Assembly (NCBI GenBank): GCA_951406725.2
Contig: OX597832.1
Coordinates: 33,914,001-33,978,000 of the forward strand
Reading direction: 5' to 3'
DNA from: Octopus vulgaris
Lineage: Eukaryota
Length of the DNA: 64,000 bases
The notes below the pieces were generated by a model, which made no database searches, was not told the DNA's origin, and saw nothing but the letters and a program-made list of their open reading frames with translations. Shown piece by piece: positions 38,352 through 52,902 of the stretch (its first letter is position 1; the number at the start of each line of letters is the position of its first letter). The position numbers were made by a program, and so were the translations under genes.

Positions 38352-38691
38352 TTCATTAGTCTAATATTTCATGATATTTTCATATAATATTGGGATATAA
38401 TAATAAAAATAATAATAATAATAAATAAATAAATGTAAAGGAGTTTTATATTTCGTGTAGATTTTAAATGTTTGTTTTACCTAACAGCTTTCAACACACT
38501 GTATGTGTATTACACATACGCACATACACATGTATATATATATATGTATAAACATTTGTATTTGTATATTGATAAGTCGGGTGATTCAATGCATGAATAT
38601 CTAAATACACATTCAAAATGTGACCGTGTGTGTACCGTTGGCGATTTTTTTCCCCTCTGTCTTCCCTTCTCTGGATCTTTCCTTCTCCTAT

Positions 38692-38726
38692 GTTTCCGAC
38701 GAAGAGCTCCGCTCGAAACGTTAAAC
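38692..38726 (+). ncRNA. Minimal type-I hammerhead-like motif in a short Penelope-LTR-like repeat (~38615-38815)
   Basis: Parse: GTTT CCGACGA A GAGC-tcc-GCTC GAAA CG TT AAAC. Helix III is the palindrome AACGTT, and the core has U4->C. Confidence 0.6.
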
Positions 38727-38997
38727 CCTCCTTCTTTCCTGAGCGTCTAATAATACTATATTTATTCCACGTCCTCGCGTTGTTGTGTTTTTGTGCTTTC
38801 TTGTTTGGATTAACTTTATATATATATATATATACACGCAGGCATGTGTGTGTGTTCGTGTGTATACACATACACACATCTGTCTGAGTGTGTTTCGATG
38901 TTGTGTGGATATGTAGAGTTTGTGTCTATGTATGTGTGCGCTTTATAAGAAGAATAAACTTACGTACGCACACACACATACACACACAGATAGATAT

Positions 38998-39033
<36 letters not shown>

Positions 39034-41519
39034 ATATGAGTTGTGTAAGGAACAGCAATGATGTTAAGAGGAATCCTAATGAGGCCGTAGTTTAAACACC
39101 AATGAAACTTGGCTTGACATGCATTAGGGAGCGCTTTATAATTGGATGTTGAATACTCAAGCAATATAATGAAATTCCCTGACAGAAACAGGATACGTCT
39201 AGTTCTTATTGTGAAAGAAGACTAGAATTAAGGGATGGTGAATAACGAATGCTTTTGAAACTACCTTTGTTACTGGTACTTATTTTACCAAGGACGAATG
39301 AAACACAAAAGTTTGCTGCGGTAGGATTTGACACTTTAATTAAAATAGACTTATGTTTAACATATTTAATCTGGACACACACTGTCGATGAGCCAGTTGA
39401 GTTATTGAGTATGATAACTAAATAGCTATTTTAATTTAGAACCTCCTCAACTGCCCATATCGGATTTCTAATCAGCTACGCCAAATATTTTCCATTCCAT
39501 TTTCTTATATTAGAGGCGATGAATTCGCATCCAAGCAAGTGGCTGGATTGGAGTACGCAGCATTGAAACGGGCGAAAAACACCCGAATGCATGACGCTGT
39601 TTTGACTGGTGCTGAAACGATTTCCTCTCTCTCTTTCTCTGTCTACACACACATGTATGTATGTATGTATGTATGTATATATGTATGTATATCTTCTCGT
39701 TCTACTTCCTCCTTCTCTTTCACTCTGTCTGATCCTAACTGTATATTGAACGCACCAAGTCCCTAAGTGCAGTTATCTCAGTACAAATATTGCCGTAAAT
39801 GGCCTAGAAACAGTGTACATACACTAAGGCTGATGCAGGCCATTATAATTGAAGAGTGACTCAATTGTATGTACCAGATATTTAATTAAATATTTATTTC
39901 TGTCAACAATTTGGTAAAATCGTTGAGACACACTTCATTACAAAGAAAGCACCCAACCTTAAATACCAGAATGGACTCGACGGCTGCAAGTACATCTTCT
40001 ACTTCCAGAGCCTTTAACCAGCACCTACAATAACAACCAACAAATCAAACGGAAAGGACGAATGTAGAAGGATCTTAGATCCGAAAGCGTTTTTGGTGGT
40101 GGTTTTTACTGGTGTTGGTTCAGAATCACGGAGGCACATTTTGTTTGGAAGAAAGCACCCAGCCTCGCCCATGTGTTACGCATTGCCAAAGACCTTCTGA
40201 AACTTACTCGTTGGATGTATATTGATTTTGGGGAGTTGAAAGGGAGATGTAGCTATCTTGCTTCTTGCCCCCTTTTTTCCTCATGCAAGGAGGTACTCTC
40301 TTTTGTGAAGTACATCCTGTAATTCTCCTCCATTTCTTTGATTTGGTGCAAATTGATTTGCTTCGTTGCTTCTACAAAATTAACACTTGAGGAAATGTTG
40401 CTGTTGTTGTTACTCTAGTTGATGTTATTGCTGTTTTTATTGTAGCTGTCGCCGTTGATTTTTATGGCGGCTGTGTTGCTGGTCTCATTCGTGCTTTTAC
40501 GGCAATTTTTGCCATTCAAATTAATACTCGCATTTTTGTTCTTCATTATCCAAAACAAGTCCGTAAATCATGTGTTCATGTTTTTTTTATATCATGATAT
40601 TTTTACTTGTTATTCCCCTGGCAATGCCTCAACCTAGTCTTTACATGCGGAATAAAATGCTCAGGTGCAGTTCGCTTTATAAGTTTGAACTGATATATTT
40701 CTTTAAGTTACTTCTAATACAACCGTGGACAGCAACTGTTATTGTGTTTCCGAGACGGCCATTTGCAATGCGTTGCAATGCAGCAGATGAGTATTTGCCA
40801 AAAAGTTCAAATCTCTCCCCTGCTCCAACACGTCTGAAAACCTTACGCTGTTAAAAGAAGAAACATGTCTTAAAGTTTTCTTTCTTATTTTGTCATTAGA
40901 TAATCCTAGGAAGAAATATCCTGAAAGCGAAGCCATGTGCAACGTTCAAGTCCATAGAAAACAACGGCAATATTTATAAAGGAATTTCGTCTTAATTTAG
41001 GCGGCAAACCAGCGAAATTGAGGAAAAAGTTTAGTCGGTCAAATTAAGCTGAATACTTGCTTAGATCTATAATTATTGACCCCAGAATAATGAAATACTA
41101 AGTTAACTCTCTGCAGAATTTGACCTCAAAAGGTAAAGAGCTGGAAGAATTTACGGAAGGCATTATTTGTAGTAGGGATAATCTAAAGAAACGAGAATTT
41201 CTCCAAAATTGATATGAAATTAGAGGTAAAACATTTTGCTTAGTGATTGTTGACGATACAAGTGTCTGCCTCAACGGGCGTCATCGACAGAACAGTTACT
41301 TAGCCGTATATGCATAGTGTTTTTGATTGGCCTCAGCCGAGTTGACGGCGAAGTTGACAAAGGTAGGATGTGAACTCAACAAAAATAGTCTCATCACATA
41401 AAAGTATTTCTAACAATAACAATGATGATGGTGATGATGATGTTGTAGTTGTTGTTGTTGGTGGTGGTGATAAAATATAATTATGCGGAAGAGAGTGAGA
41501 ATGGGTGTAGATGTCTTTA

Positions 41520-41665
41520 ACCTAGAAGCAAGACTAGCAGTTTTGAGGGGAGGGAATGGTTGCTACAATCGATTCCGTTGCTTGGCCGGACTGTATTTCA
41601 TCGATCTCGAAATGTTGAAAGACTAAGTCCACCATGGCGGGAGTTGAACTCGAATAACAAGGACT
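41520..41665 (-). mobile_element. Family A SINE, diverged (another at ~41000-41165)
   Basis: gcaagactagcagttttgaggggaggg...tatttcatcgatctcgaaatg..gaaag..aagtccacc..ggcgggagttgaactc. Confidence 0.6.
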
Positions 41666-41708
41666 ACCTCAACAAAAACAATTACTCAAACAATGTATAT
41701 TAATAGCA

Positions 41709-41744
<36 letters not shown>

Positions 41745-43243
41745 TCAAAATAAATAACAATAATAATAATAATAATGAGGAGGAGGAGGAGGAGAAAGAG
41801 AATGATGATGACTAATAATAATAATAATAATGGCGCAATTATATTTAAATAACTCATGATTGATGTAAAAAAAAGTGAAAAAGAATAAAACGAAGCGAAG
41901 CAACAATTGTAGCGGCATCGCTTCATGAAAGCAGATAAAGATAACATCAGCATCTACACAGGATTTGGCTTGTTTTATCATTTTTGTTATCTCTTCCATT
42001 CATGACAGGGATACATTTTTGATGGTTTGTTATTTCAGTAGCTGCCATTTTGACTTCTACAAAAGTTTCATGCGCTGTTTGTTGTTTCTATAATTTTGTG
42101 ATTTTCATAGTTCTTTTTTTTTTGTTATATTTTGTCTCTTATTTGTAGTTGTTGCTTTTCATAATGGTCATTGTTGTTGCTGTTATTATTGTCGTTCGGG
42201 GCAACAGTGGTGGCAGTGTTATAGGCGGCGCTGATGCTGGTGTTTGTCAATTGTTTTTCATTTATTTGATATATTATATACGTTTGTTTCAATCTTTGTT
42301 GTTAACATTATTATTATTATTATTTAGCTTTCATTTCGGTTGATTTCGTTGAAGTATGTTTTTTCTTCGTGTCTTTGTCTTTCTTAGATTGTAATTACGT
42401 TGTTGTAGTTGTTGTTGCTGCTTTTGTTATTTTTCAGCTTCTTATTTTGATTTGTCTGCTTCTTATTGTTGTTGTTCTGTTTGTTGTCATTGTTGTTGTT
42501 GTCGTTATTGGAGTTGCTTTGCTATTTGTTGTAGCTGTTGTTGTTGTTCTCTTTTCTAGTTTATTTCATCCCGTTGTTTTCAAACGTCGTTTGCTTTATA
42601 TTTGCGTTCGTTTGAATCGTTTTCTATCTGTTATTAAGTACAGTTGAGGGGAATAATATTTAGAATACTTAATAACAGTAATAATACCGATGGAAAAGAA
42701 AGAAAGAAAGAATAAGATCTACAGCAACAGCAGCAGCAGCAACAGCAACAGAAAGGAAAATTGTTGAAGAGGAGATCGAAGAATATCATGCAGAGGAAAT
42801 ATACAGATTATACACACAAGGCCAAACACACACACACTAACACATGTATATATATATATATATATAGCAAGACAGTTAGGATAGGTAAATAGATAGATAG
42901 ACCGATGTAGATAAGTGCATATATATACATATATAAGAGTATAGATACCTATCATCAGTGTGTTTTAGTGATACCATGCCTAGCACCACTCTGAAGAATT
43001 TTAGTCGAACGAATTGACTGCATTGCAATTTTTTAAAGCCTAACACTTATTCTATTAGCTTCGTTTGTCGAACCGCTTTGTTATGGGGGCGTTAATGCGG
43101 GGTGTAAAGTGGCCGTTGTGGTGGTGGTGGTGGTGGTCGGGTGCCAAACACACTCAGACACACAAACAGGCAGATATATATTTATATCTATATCTGTATT
43201 TATATCGATGCATATGTGTGTGTGTGGATATATATATGTATAG

Positions 43244-43283
<40 letters not shown>

Positions 43284-43376
43284 CAATTTAACAAATAAAA
43301 CATATGCATACATACATACATATATGTACATACCTACATCTATATGTATATATATACATGCATGTATATATATACA

Positions 43377-43426
<50 letters not shown>

Positions 43427-43672
43427 TACAGGGCACCACAAATAAACGTAGAACACGAGAAACGAAAACATAAAATCAAACAAGGAAACGGACTTTTTTT
43501 TAACAACGAAAAAAACAGAGTACAAGACAAACAATACAAGGAATATTCCCCTTCATCAGCTGCCCTTGGTTCGACTCAATGCGTGTATGTATGTATGTAT
43601 GTATATAAGTACACACACATATAAATATGATCAATGAGAAACAGCTGGCGAAATATAGGAAAATGTTTATTA

Positions 43673-43765
43673 ATCACTACAATTGTTTCAACCCATCTAA
43701 CATGGGTGAGCTACTTAGCAACTGCTTTAGGAGTATCCGACGGTGTAGATGTTTCTTCCGTTGAT
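43673..43765 (-). ncRNA. Degenerate hammerhead-like motif with extended stem II
   Basis: Minus strand: ATCAA CGGAAGA AACATCT...(~50 nt)...AGATGGGTT GAAA CAATTG TA GTGAT, then AATAAA. Confidence 0.45.
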
Positions 43766-44759
43766 CACAAGATGTATCTTGTTAAAATAACGACTGTTCT
43801 GCAAAATGCCTTCTTGGTTTGTGTATAGAAAAGCGGCAAATTAAAGGGTACAGCTTCATTTTTATATAAGATCAATATTAAATAACAGATTAAAAAAGTA
43901 ACGAATGTAAATTACAGTGAAAAAGTATTTAAAATGCGAGTGAATAGATATGGCTGTGTAAACGCCCTCGCTTCGGTTGTATGGCGCACGTACACTCGCT
44001 CGTACAAACATCTACGAAAATATAAGCGTACACTCATGCGGGGTTTTGCGCACATACGATCACACAGCGAATTAAATTGCTACTTAATGCTTATAATAAT
44101 AGGGGAGGCTAGAGTGAAATTTAATCCAAGCATACCTTAACGATTATTAATTCGGTTAACGGTTTCTCAAATTCCTCCTTACTGCATTGTGCGAACGTGC
44201 ATTTATAAGTGTGTAAGCACATTAAGAGTCTTTCGGAAATCCTATTAAAAGTCTTTCCGTTAGTCTACAAAATAGAGGTTCTTCGGAGCAGAAATGCAGA
44301 ATCCTGGTATGGATATTATATGGCTTTGCGTGTCTTATTAAGGGCCAAATTATATCCTATTTAATTTTATAATCCTTAAGTCGCCACACAAAATCGGCCA
44401 AAGATGTTGAATGCTTCTTGCTGATATTCCTGAAGCTGGTGACATGGTTGCGATAACGATTTTGAACAGAGATTCAATTCTATTGGATTTTAATCATAAG
44501 GTATTGGTATATTATATGTATACCATTCTACCTAAAAAAATCAATCTACAAATGCAATATCCCTTCATATCTCACAACTATTTTCTTTCCTACCCCTCAC
44601 TCTCTATTTTGTATCTTATCTAAATGAACTATTATTTAACCATCCTCTCACACCGTCTCCGATGAAGGGATATAATAAATATCATAGAAACAGACATTCT
44701 GTCTATAAATGTTTTAAATCTACACAGCCTTGGGTTTTTTTATCTCATTACGAAATAAA

Positions 44760-44804
<45 letters not shown>

Positions 44805-45327
44805 AACATGTATGGGTATGAATAGGCGTTGGTTATTAGTTTTAGAATAGATACTTCTGCGCTACTCAGAGCAGTGGGCAGGTGGCTGCTCTTGCAAAGC
44901 CATTCGACGTAATGTTAATGATCTTCAAGCCATCTTGAAATATCCGCTGTCATGCGATGTTCAGACCTCTGGCTGTTTTACGCCTGTCGGCAGGTGGCTT
45001 TGTTTTCTCGCTTGGTTTTAAAACATCTTGCACAGAAAGAGAAATACAGAGATATAACGACCAGCATATTAATTTCATTGAACTATGTCTTCAGATTATA
45101 TCATCACTCACTCGCAAAGTATCTCAATCGCGCTAGGTTTTTGCGTGTTTTCTCTTAGGACAAGACAAGTTCAGTACATCGACCATTTGTATCATATGGT
45201 ACTTAAAACGCAACATTCTTCAAGTTTGTTGTGGAAACTAATAACACCATCCATTCTAAAGTATGTCGCTTACTTAATTTTCATTAAGTATATTTGGTAT
45301 ACATTAAGTATACGCGTGCATGCGCAT

Positions 45328-45366
<39 letters not shown>

Positions 45367-46460
45367 CATACATGTACATACCTCTATGCGTGTGTGATTC
45401 TTTATCAGTATGAACATATTGATATAAAGAGACAGACACCGCCCCCGACACACATGTTTAAACACACACATACATATATTAACGTTTGCTTCTACATGAA
45501 AATATGAAAATAATTCAAGTCGCAGCTGAAGGATGACTCAATACTTTGGAGTAAAGTATATGCTTATTAATTATTACAAGGGAAAGGTTGACAGCGACAT
45601 CGAAACTAAGTACAGCAGCTGGTAACACACACACACACACACACAAGTAGCCACACAGACATACACATAAACATACACATACACACGCAGGTAGACACAC
45701 ACGTACACAAGATATACATACACGCACACACATACACACATGCACACAGAAGTAACGACGCAAACGAGCAAATAACACCACTTAAGCAAGATATAAATTA
45801 CATATGAACGTGTAAATAGCGAGAAAACAAGGACCGGAAATATTCAGACGATGGAGAGATATAAAGATTCACATTAAGTACAAATGCACAGAAAATTGTG
45901 GGAAGAAGGTATTGTGTTACAGGCCCGTCAGCTGTTTCGGGATGCTTAGAATTATTTCATAATGTTGGCAGATGTAGTTCACAAAAAGACAAGAATATTC
46001 AACCAGTAGTGGAGGCCTATAGACATTATACAGACCGGTCCCCGTCTTCAGATATCAGAGATAAATTAGATAATTATCTCTCCATCCTGAACATGAGAAC
46101 TGCAAATAGATATATACATACATATATAGAGAGAGTGGAGGTGAGAGAGAGAGAAAGATAAGCATGTATAAGCATTATCTAATTATACGCATAAAATATA
46201 TCTGTAAATATGTAGATATGTGCACAAATATAGATAACAATAAATATTTTCACTATGGATGTTGAAGAATTAACAAAAAAGATCCATGGATTGAATCGCA
46301 GAACGAACAATTTGCAGGAAATCACAAAATGGTTTATTCTTCTTCTATATCTTTGTTGCCTTCATTTGTGCCATATACAAATTTTGAACACGCATTCGTT
46401 AGCTTCTATCAAAACTTTGCCGACATCTTTGTTTTTTGCCATCTAAAATTGTTTTCAAAT

Positions 46461-46504
<44 letters not shown>

Positions 46505-46766
46505 TATATATATATACATCGTTCATTTCTTCACGCCAATTGTATTCAGACTTCAATGAAGAAAGACATGAATTTTACATAATGAGCGCGTATGCGTGTG
46601 TGTGCTTGTGTGTGTCAGTGAGTAGAGAAGGAAAAGAAAAAAGATCAAGAGAGAAGCAGAGAGAAAGAAGGAGAGTTTGAATGCACAAACAAGAGAAAAA
46701 CAAGCTCAATACGTGTTGGAGAACATTTAGAATTTATACATTTATGCGTAAATGAATAGAAATATT

Positions 46767-46769
<3 letters not shown>

Positions 46770-46830
<61 letters not shown>

Positions 46831-47015
46831 CATATACATACATATACATATATATATACATATATATATATACATATACATATACATACATATATACATA
46901 CATATATATATGTATATATATATGCATATATATATACATACATATATATATACATATATATATATATACATAAATATACATATATACATAAATATACATA
47001 TATACATATACATAC

Positions 47016-47064
<49 letters not shown>

Positions 47065-47286
47065 CATAAATATACATATATACATATACATACGTATATA
47101 CAGGCATATATATACATATATATACATATGTATGTATGTATATATATACATATATGTACATACATATATATATGCATATATACATACATATATATGCATA
47201 TATACATATATATATATATATATATAGTCATACAATCATATATACATACATATATGTATATATATATACATATACATATATATACA

Positions 47287-47328
<42 letters not shown>

Positions 47329-47335
47329 TATACAT
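46770..47335. repeat. Long TA/TACA low-complexity array
   Basis: About 560 bp, almost entirely alternating purine/pyrimidine. Confidence 0.97.
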
Positions 47336-47488
47336 ATTTATTTATGCAGATGCTTATGTATATACCTATATAGAGGCATATATAAACTCGCATACATACA
47401 TATATCTATATATATATACATATACATATTATTTTATTCTTTTTTGTTTCACTCTTTTGAGAGTGGCCTTACTGGAGCACTACATATG

Positions 47489-47554
<66 letters not shown>

Positions 47555-47692
47555 CCTACATTTTTCTTATAGACATTTGTGTATAGATATTTACATGCAA
47601 TTGTAGGTGGGGAAAAATGTTTCTGCACGTACTTATGTATTTATATATTTATATATATATTTGTATGATTATGTTTCTGCTTTATTATATTC

Positions 47693-47742
<50 letters not shown>

Positions 47743-48364
47743 ATAGATACACACACAAATATAGATAGATATACAGAGATGGATTGATAGATAGACAGAT
47801 AGATATTTGCATATATGATATATTAATAGATATAATTTACTTAATCATGCATATATAAATATTGCATATGGATACATATATATATATATACAAATGTATA
47901 TAGCATGCATACATAAATACGTATGTAAATGTGTTTATGTATATATATATATATATATATATATGCTTATAACATCAAAGTTTAGCTAGACATTATGATG
48001 TGCGAATGAGATTGTTAAATATCACTTGAACTCTGTCTTCGATTTCTTCATATTCATCTCCTTCTCCTCCTCACTTTTCTCCTTCTTGTTCTTCTTAAGT
48101 GAATCTTTGAATCATAATTCTATAGCAATTTCAATGATATCACTGCAGTATTCCATTTCCTTTGCTCTGTAGAATAGACATTCTTTTGCACAGAATTCTC
48201 AGCGATATTTTACTATTTATAGAGAGATATTGGTTTATCTATTCATCTATCGATTTTTGATTCTTCAGAACCATACCGTCAAATCAGTTTGAAGTTTAGA
48301 TATAAATTCTAAAGAGAAAATCTAAATTTATATACATACGCATATGTATGTATATGTATGTGTG

Positions 48365-48395
<31 letters not shown>

Positions 48396-48539
48396 TTATA
48401 CTTGCGAAATTATTAAATTACGAAAATAAAAGCGTTGACTTATTACTATATAATATCTGACATTTTAAACTAGCACTGGCACCGCGAAAATTACCGAAAT
48501 ATCTATTGAGTGCCTATGAATAAATACATCTCTTTCTTA

Positions 48540-49074
48540 TATATACATATATATATACGTACATATATATGTATGTGACTATATATATATATATATACGT
48601 ATATATATAATATATATATATATATACACGTATATATATATATATACACTTATATATATACACGTATATATGTATATGTATATATATATACACGTATATA
48701 TGTATATGTATATATATATACACGTATATATATATACGTATATATATATATACACGTATATATGTATACGTATATATATATATACACGTATATATGTATA
48801 TGTATATATATATACACGTATATATGTATATGTATATATACGTATATATATATATATATGTACATGCGTAGATGTCGAACGATAAAAGTGTGTTCACAAA
48901 CACACTGTTTATATACACATATGTATGATTATATATATATATATTTACATATACGTATGTACATATATATCTGTTTGTGTGTGTATACATATATATATAT
49001 ATATATGTGTGTGTATACATATATATATATATATATATTCATATATGAAAATATGAACTGTCTGTATATGTGTA

Positions 49075-49108
<34 letters not shown>

Positions 49109-49165
49109 CATACACACACACACACACACACACCTACATATATATGTAAGTGTGTGTGTGTCACA
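48540..49165. repeat. TA-rich array with ~22-30-bp higher-order units punctuated by acacgt
   Basis: tatatatacacgtatatatg recurs about 8 times between 48620 and 48845. Confidence 0.85.
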
Positions 49166-49689
49166 CAAGACGACGTAAATGGCATCAGTTTAAATTCCAT
49201 CGAAGAGCACGATAGAGTGGAACGCAAATAAGCTACTTATTTAGAATTAAAATGGTGTTCTGCAAATAGAAACGACCAATGTGAAGGTGGTGAGTGAAAG
49301 TGTTTGACACACACGAAATGACGAGTGTGTAATCAATATGGCACTGGCTGTTATGCCGTGGACTTCATGTCGTATTTGTGTGCTTAATGTTTCCAGTTGT
49401 TTTCGGGAATTATTGAAGAGTTCGAAAAATATATTGTCTAGTGAAAAATTCCACACACGCACACACACGAACAAGCAAACGCATACATTAGAGAGCAAAC
49501 AGACACACACACACATACATATATTTAGCCTCATACATGAATATGTTGTTAAACAATCTCACGTTGCAGTTACATGATTTCCGCTTCTATACCACAGAAC
49601 GGCACCTCGGAGAATTTAATTCAACTATGGCCTCACACTGACCAATGCTGCGTGAGGTTGCTTGGTTGCAGGAAACAGAAGTTCATCGT

Positions 49690-49959
49690 ATGTGCATGTA
49701 TATGTACATGTATGTATGTATATATATGTATATATATATATATGTGTGTGTATTCATATATATGTGTATATATATATATATACATATAAATATTTGTGTG
49801 TATATATATATATACATATATATATATATGTGCATATATATATACATATATATGTGTGTATATATACATACATATATATTTGTGTATATATACGTATGCA
49901 TTTGTGTATATATACATACATATATATTTGTGTACATATACATATATATTTGTGTACAT

Positions 49960-50009
<50 letters not shown>

Positions 50010-50070
50010 ATACATATATATTTATGTAGATATACGCACATACATATATATATATATCTGTGTACATATA
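49690..50070. repeat. TA/TG/TACA low-complexity array
   Basis: Directly visible. Confidence 0.95.
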
Positions 50071-50569
50071 CCTTTCTTATGCCGCATAGAGTATGCCTTT
50101 TGCAAAAGTGTCATCGTTGGCAGATGAAATGGAGGCGCTCCTGCTAATGTTTTAACCACTTCTTTAATTACTGCTGGTGGAGGAAGCTATGTCTATGTAC
50201 GAGGCCTCCTCGTTTGGTTTGGGGTAGGGTTTAAATTTTCCTGTTTTAAGGATCATGTTCATATCTAGGAAGTTGACTTCTCTAAGACTGGTACTGATTG
50301 TGGTTCCTATGCCTAACTAGTTAAAGATTTTGCATAACGTTTCCCTTATTCTATCCGTATCCTGTCCTTTATTGTATACGACTCCCAGGCCATCTTATTT
50401 CGTTTTAAAGGATATAATGGCCTACAAGGTCAGCTATTGCTGCACCATCACAGCTCCCAACCGCAACGTCAGATAACTCATCTCCATTCTTTTTTACCCA
50501 ATAGGAATTATGATAAGGTAATAACTTCCTTGCGTTAATAAATTGCGTATTGATATGTGTGTGTGTAAT

Positions 50570-50845
50570 GGTGCATTGATCAATGATTAAAGTGTGAGGC
50601 TCATGATCATGAAGTAGTGAGATCGATTTCCGGATTGGGCTGTGTGTTATGTCCTTGAGCAAGTTACTTCATTTCATGTTGCTCCAGTTTACTCAGCTGT
50701 AGAAATGAGCTGCGACGTCACCGATGTCGAGCTGTATTGATCGTTCCCTTTCTCTTGAAAAACATCGGTGGCGTTGAGAGGGGAGACTGGTATGCATAGG
50801 CGACTGCTGGTCTTCCATAAACAACCTTTCCCAGACTTGTGCCTT
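50570..50845 (+). mobile_element. tRNA-derived SINE (TTGTGTCCTTGAGC-core family), near full length
   Basis: gagatcgatttcc (B-box-like), tgtccttgagcaag..acttcatttcatgttgctccagtttactcagctg...gcgactgctggtcttccataaacaacc..gacttgtgcc. Confidence 0.75.
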
Positions 50846-51479
50846 TTATATCTATCTATATTGCATATGCGCTTGTATGAATGTGTGTCTCTTGGTTTGT
50901 GTTTGCCCCCGACAACGCTTCACAGTTTTAATTACATCCTCATAACCGTTGCAGTGCAGCAAAAATTACCGATAGAATATTCACCGGTCTTAACAAAGTT
51001 ACTTAGGTTCGATTCATGGGGGTGCCTCCGCACGGCCGCAGTCCAACGAGTGAATCAACTAAGTGAAATAAATAAGAACAAAAGGTGTTTTATGGGCGAA
51101 TCAATACTGACCTTGGTTGAGAATCTCAAGCCTGGTTATTCAGGATTCGAGGAGAGCAGTGAGTTATTCTTTAATCATTAATTAGTCCCGGATGTGCTGT
51201 GGTCAGAGGTGAAAGTATCTGTCAATGGTACAAACTGTGGCTCAAGCAGGATAACATGGGTCTGTACCCTATAAGTAGAGTGCTTGGAAGATATTTTATT
51301 CCTAAATATGCATCACACCGGCCCAATGGAGACATTCCTCGTTAGCATTTGAACCATTCCCCTGACCAAAGATTTAAATTGGCCCTGTTTCTGAAAAACC
51401 TTACCTGCTAAAGCATAATTGGGAAGCAGATATAATTTGCTGCAAAAGACAGCGGAAGGAAAGCCCTATTGCGTCTTTA

Positions 51480-51900
51480 AAGAAAACAGCAAACGCAGAA
51501 CCCGCTGAAATGACATCTGTGTACAGAGGTGGAGAAGAATAACATTTGGAAAGTCTTGATGCTAATCTGAAAATAGTTTAATAGAAGTTCATGATTTGAT
51601 GGGAAGAAAAGACTCTCACCGGGGCAATTCTTAAAATGAGCTGGATAACATGGTAATACAGAAAGGAATATCGCGGGACTGGCATTGGAGTGCTGGATTC
51701 AAAGATAAGAGTGAATGATTCTTCATTTTGGTGCAATATCGAAATCTTACTACCAGAAACGATGAACGCCATATGATTAAGCAAACTATATTTTGTGGTC
51801 ACATGATATATCGAAGTCGGAATATAACAAGTTAAGTGGAATGTCTCTGGCTTCCCAGGATTAAGAAAGGAAGAATATATTTCATGCATAACACAGTTGC
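51480..51900 (+). mobile_element. Highly decayed RTE-like LINE 3' coding fragment
   Basis: AILKMSW and LSKLYF/GHMI segments resemble the RTE RxILxISW...LxxFGH motifs. Many stop codons. Confidence 0.35.
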
Positions 51901-51959
51901 GACTTCCATGTGTAATAAATTTTCCCAGCATTTTCGAATAATAACAGGAAAAAGAATGC

Positions 51960-52320
51960 TTCAGTATACATCAGAGAGGGACCTGAGATAGTGACACCCT
52001 ATGTCCATTGTTCGAGTTTTCAAGATTCTCCAGTTAACTTTAGCAAACAATCAACCAGGCTCTTGTTTTCGGTATATTTTTTTCTGTCGTCAGTCAAAAA
52101 ACGTCTTGCTCTCCATCCCCCGAAACCCCACCATCATCACACAAACACACACATTAATTGCCAGGAGGGTCTTGGGAAATGATCTATGGACCATTGTCTG
52201 TCCAAAATATGTCCAGCTCTCTCGACTTGATTCTCACTCTGTGTCTTGACCTTTTAGCACTTCTAGAACTGCGTTGTTACTTACTTTAGCTCTCCAGCTT
52301 TCCAGAATACTGTCGCGAAA
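51960..52320 (-). mobile_element. Decayed RTE-like LINE 3' coding fragment
   Basis: The minus strand reads ILESWRAKVSNNAVLE...SWTYFGQTM...PKTLL, matching ILxISWxxKVSNxxVL...LxYFGHxMR. Confidence 0.55.
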
Positions 52321-52860
52321 ACCAGACAGAAATGGAAAACAGATCTATATGCTTGAAATAATTTTTCTGTATATTTTAAAATATATATATTTTCGACGTT
52401 TTGTGTGGTGGGGCGGAACGCTTGAAGTATAAAATCGAAAAATTATTCCAAACAGCCAAAAAAGAAAATATAAAATGGATACTGAAAATATAAACAATTT
52501 TTCAGATATACGCCGGCGGAAGTGTAAAAATTATGGAGTGAAAGACAAAACCTAAACTCTAAGAGAAAATAAGAGACTCGAGTTGTTCCTCTTGTTAGAT
52601 AGGGACTGCTATGAACATTGATGGAGGCAGAGTATGAGACCTAGTTCGGGATATGGTTGGTGAGGATATAGTGTGAGAGCATGGTAGGATCGAAGCTGTG
52701 ATTGGTGGTGGTGGGGGGTAAATCCGGGGTTAATATCATGTTGGTGTTTGGTGGGGGTGTGGTACTAAGAGAGGATTTTTTTATGAACAACAAAGAAATA
52801 GTGGAAGCTGTGGCAATGGCGGTGAGATTCAAGATTGAGGAGGAAGGCGAGAGCAGCAGC

Positions 52861-52902
<42 letters not shown>

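Noticed and set aside
39900-40200. Possible LINE ORF1 remnant (FGKIVETHFIT..YQNG)
   Set aside because: Too degenerate to call without a profile search.
43425-43585. CTGATGA on the minus strand within a short repeat beside (TA)n
   Set aside because: No GAAA follows the putative stem II, so it is at most a half-motif.
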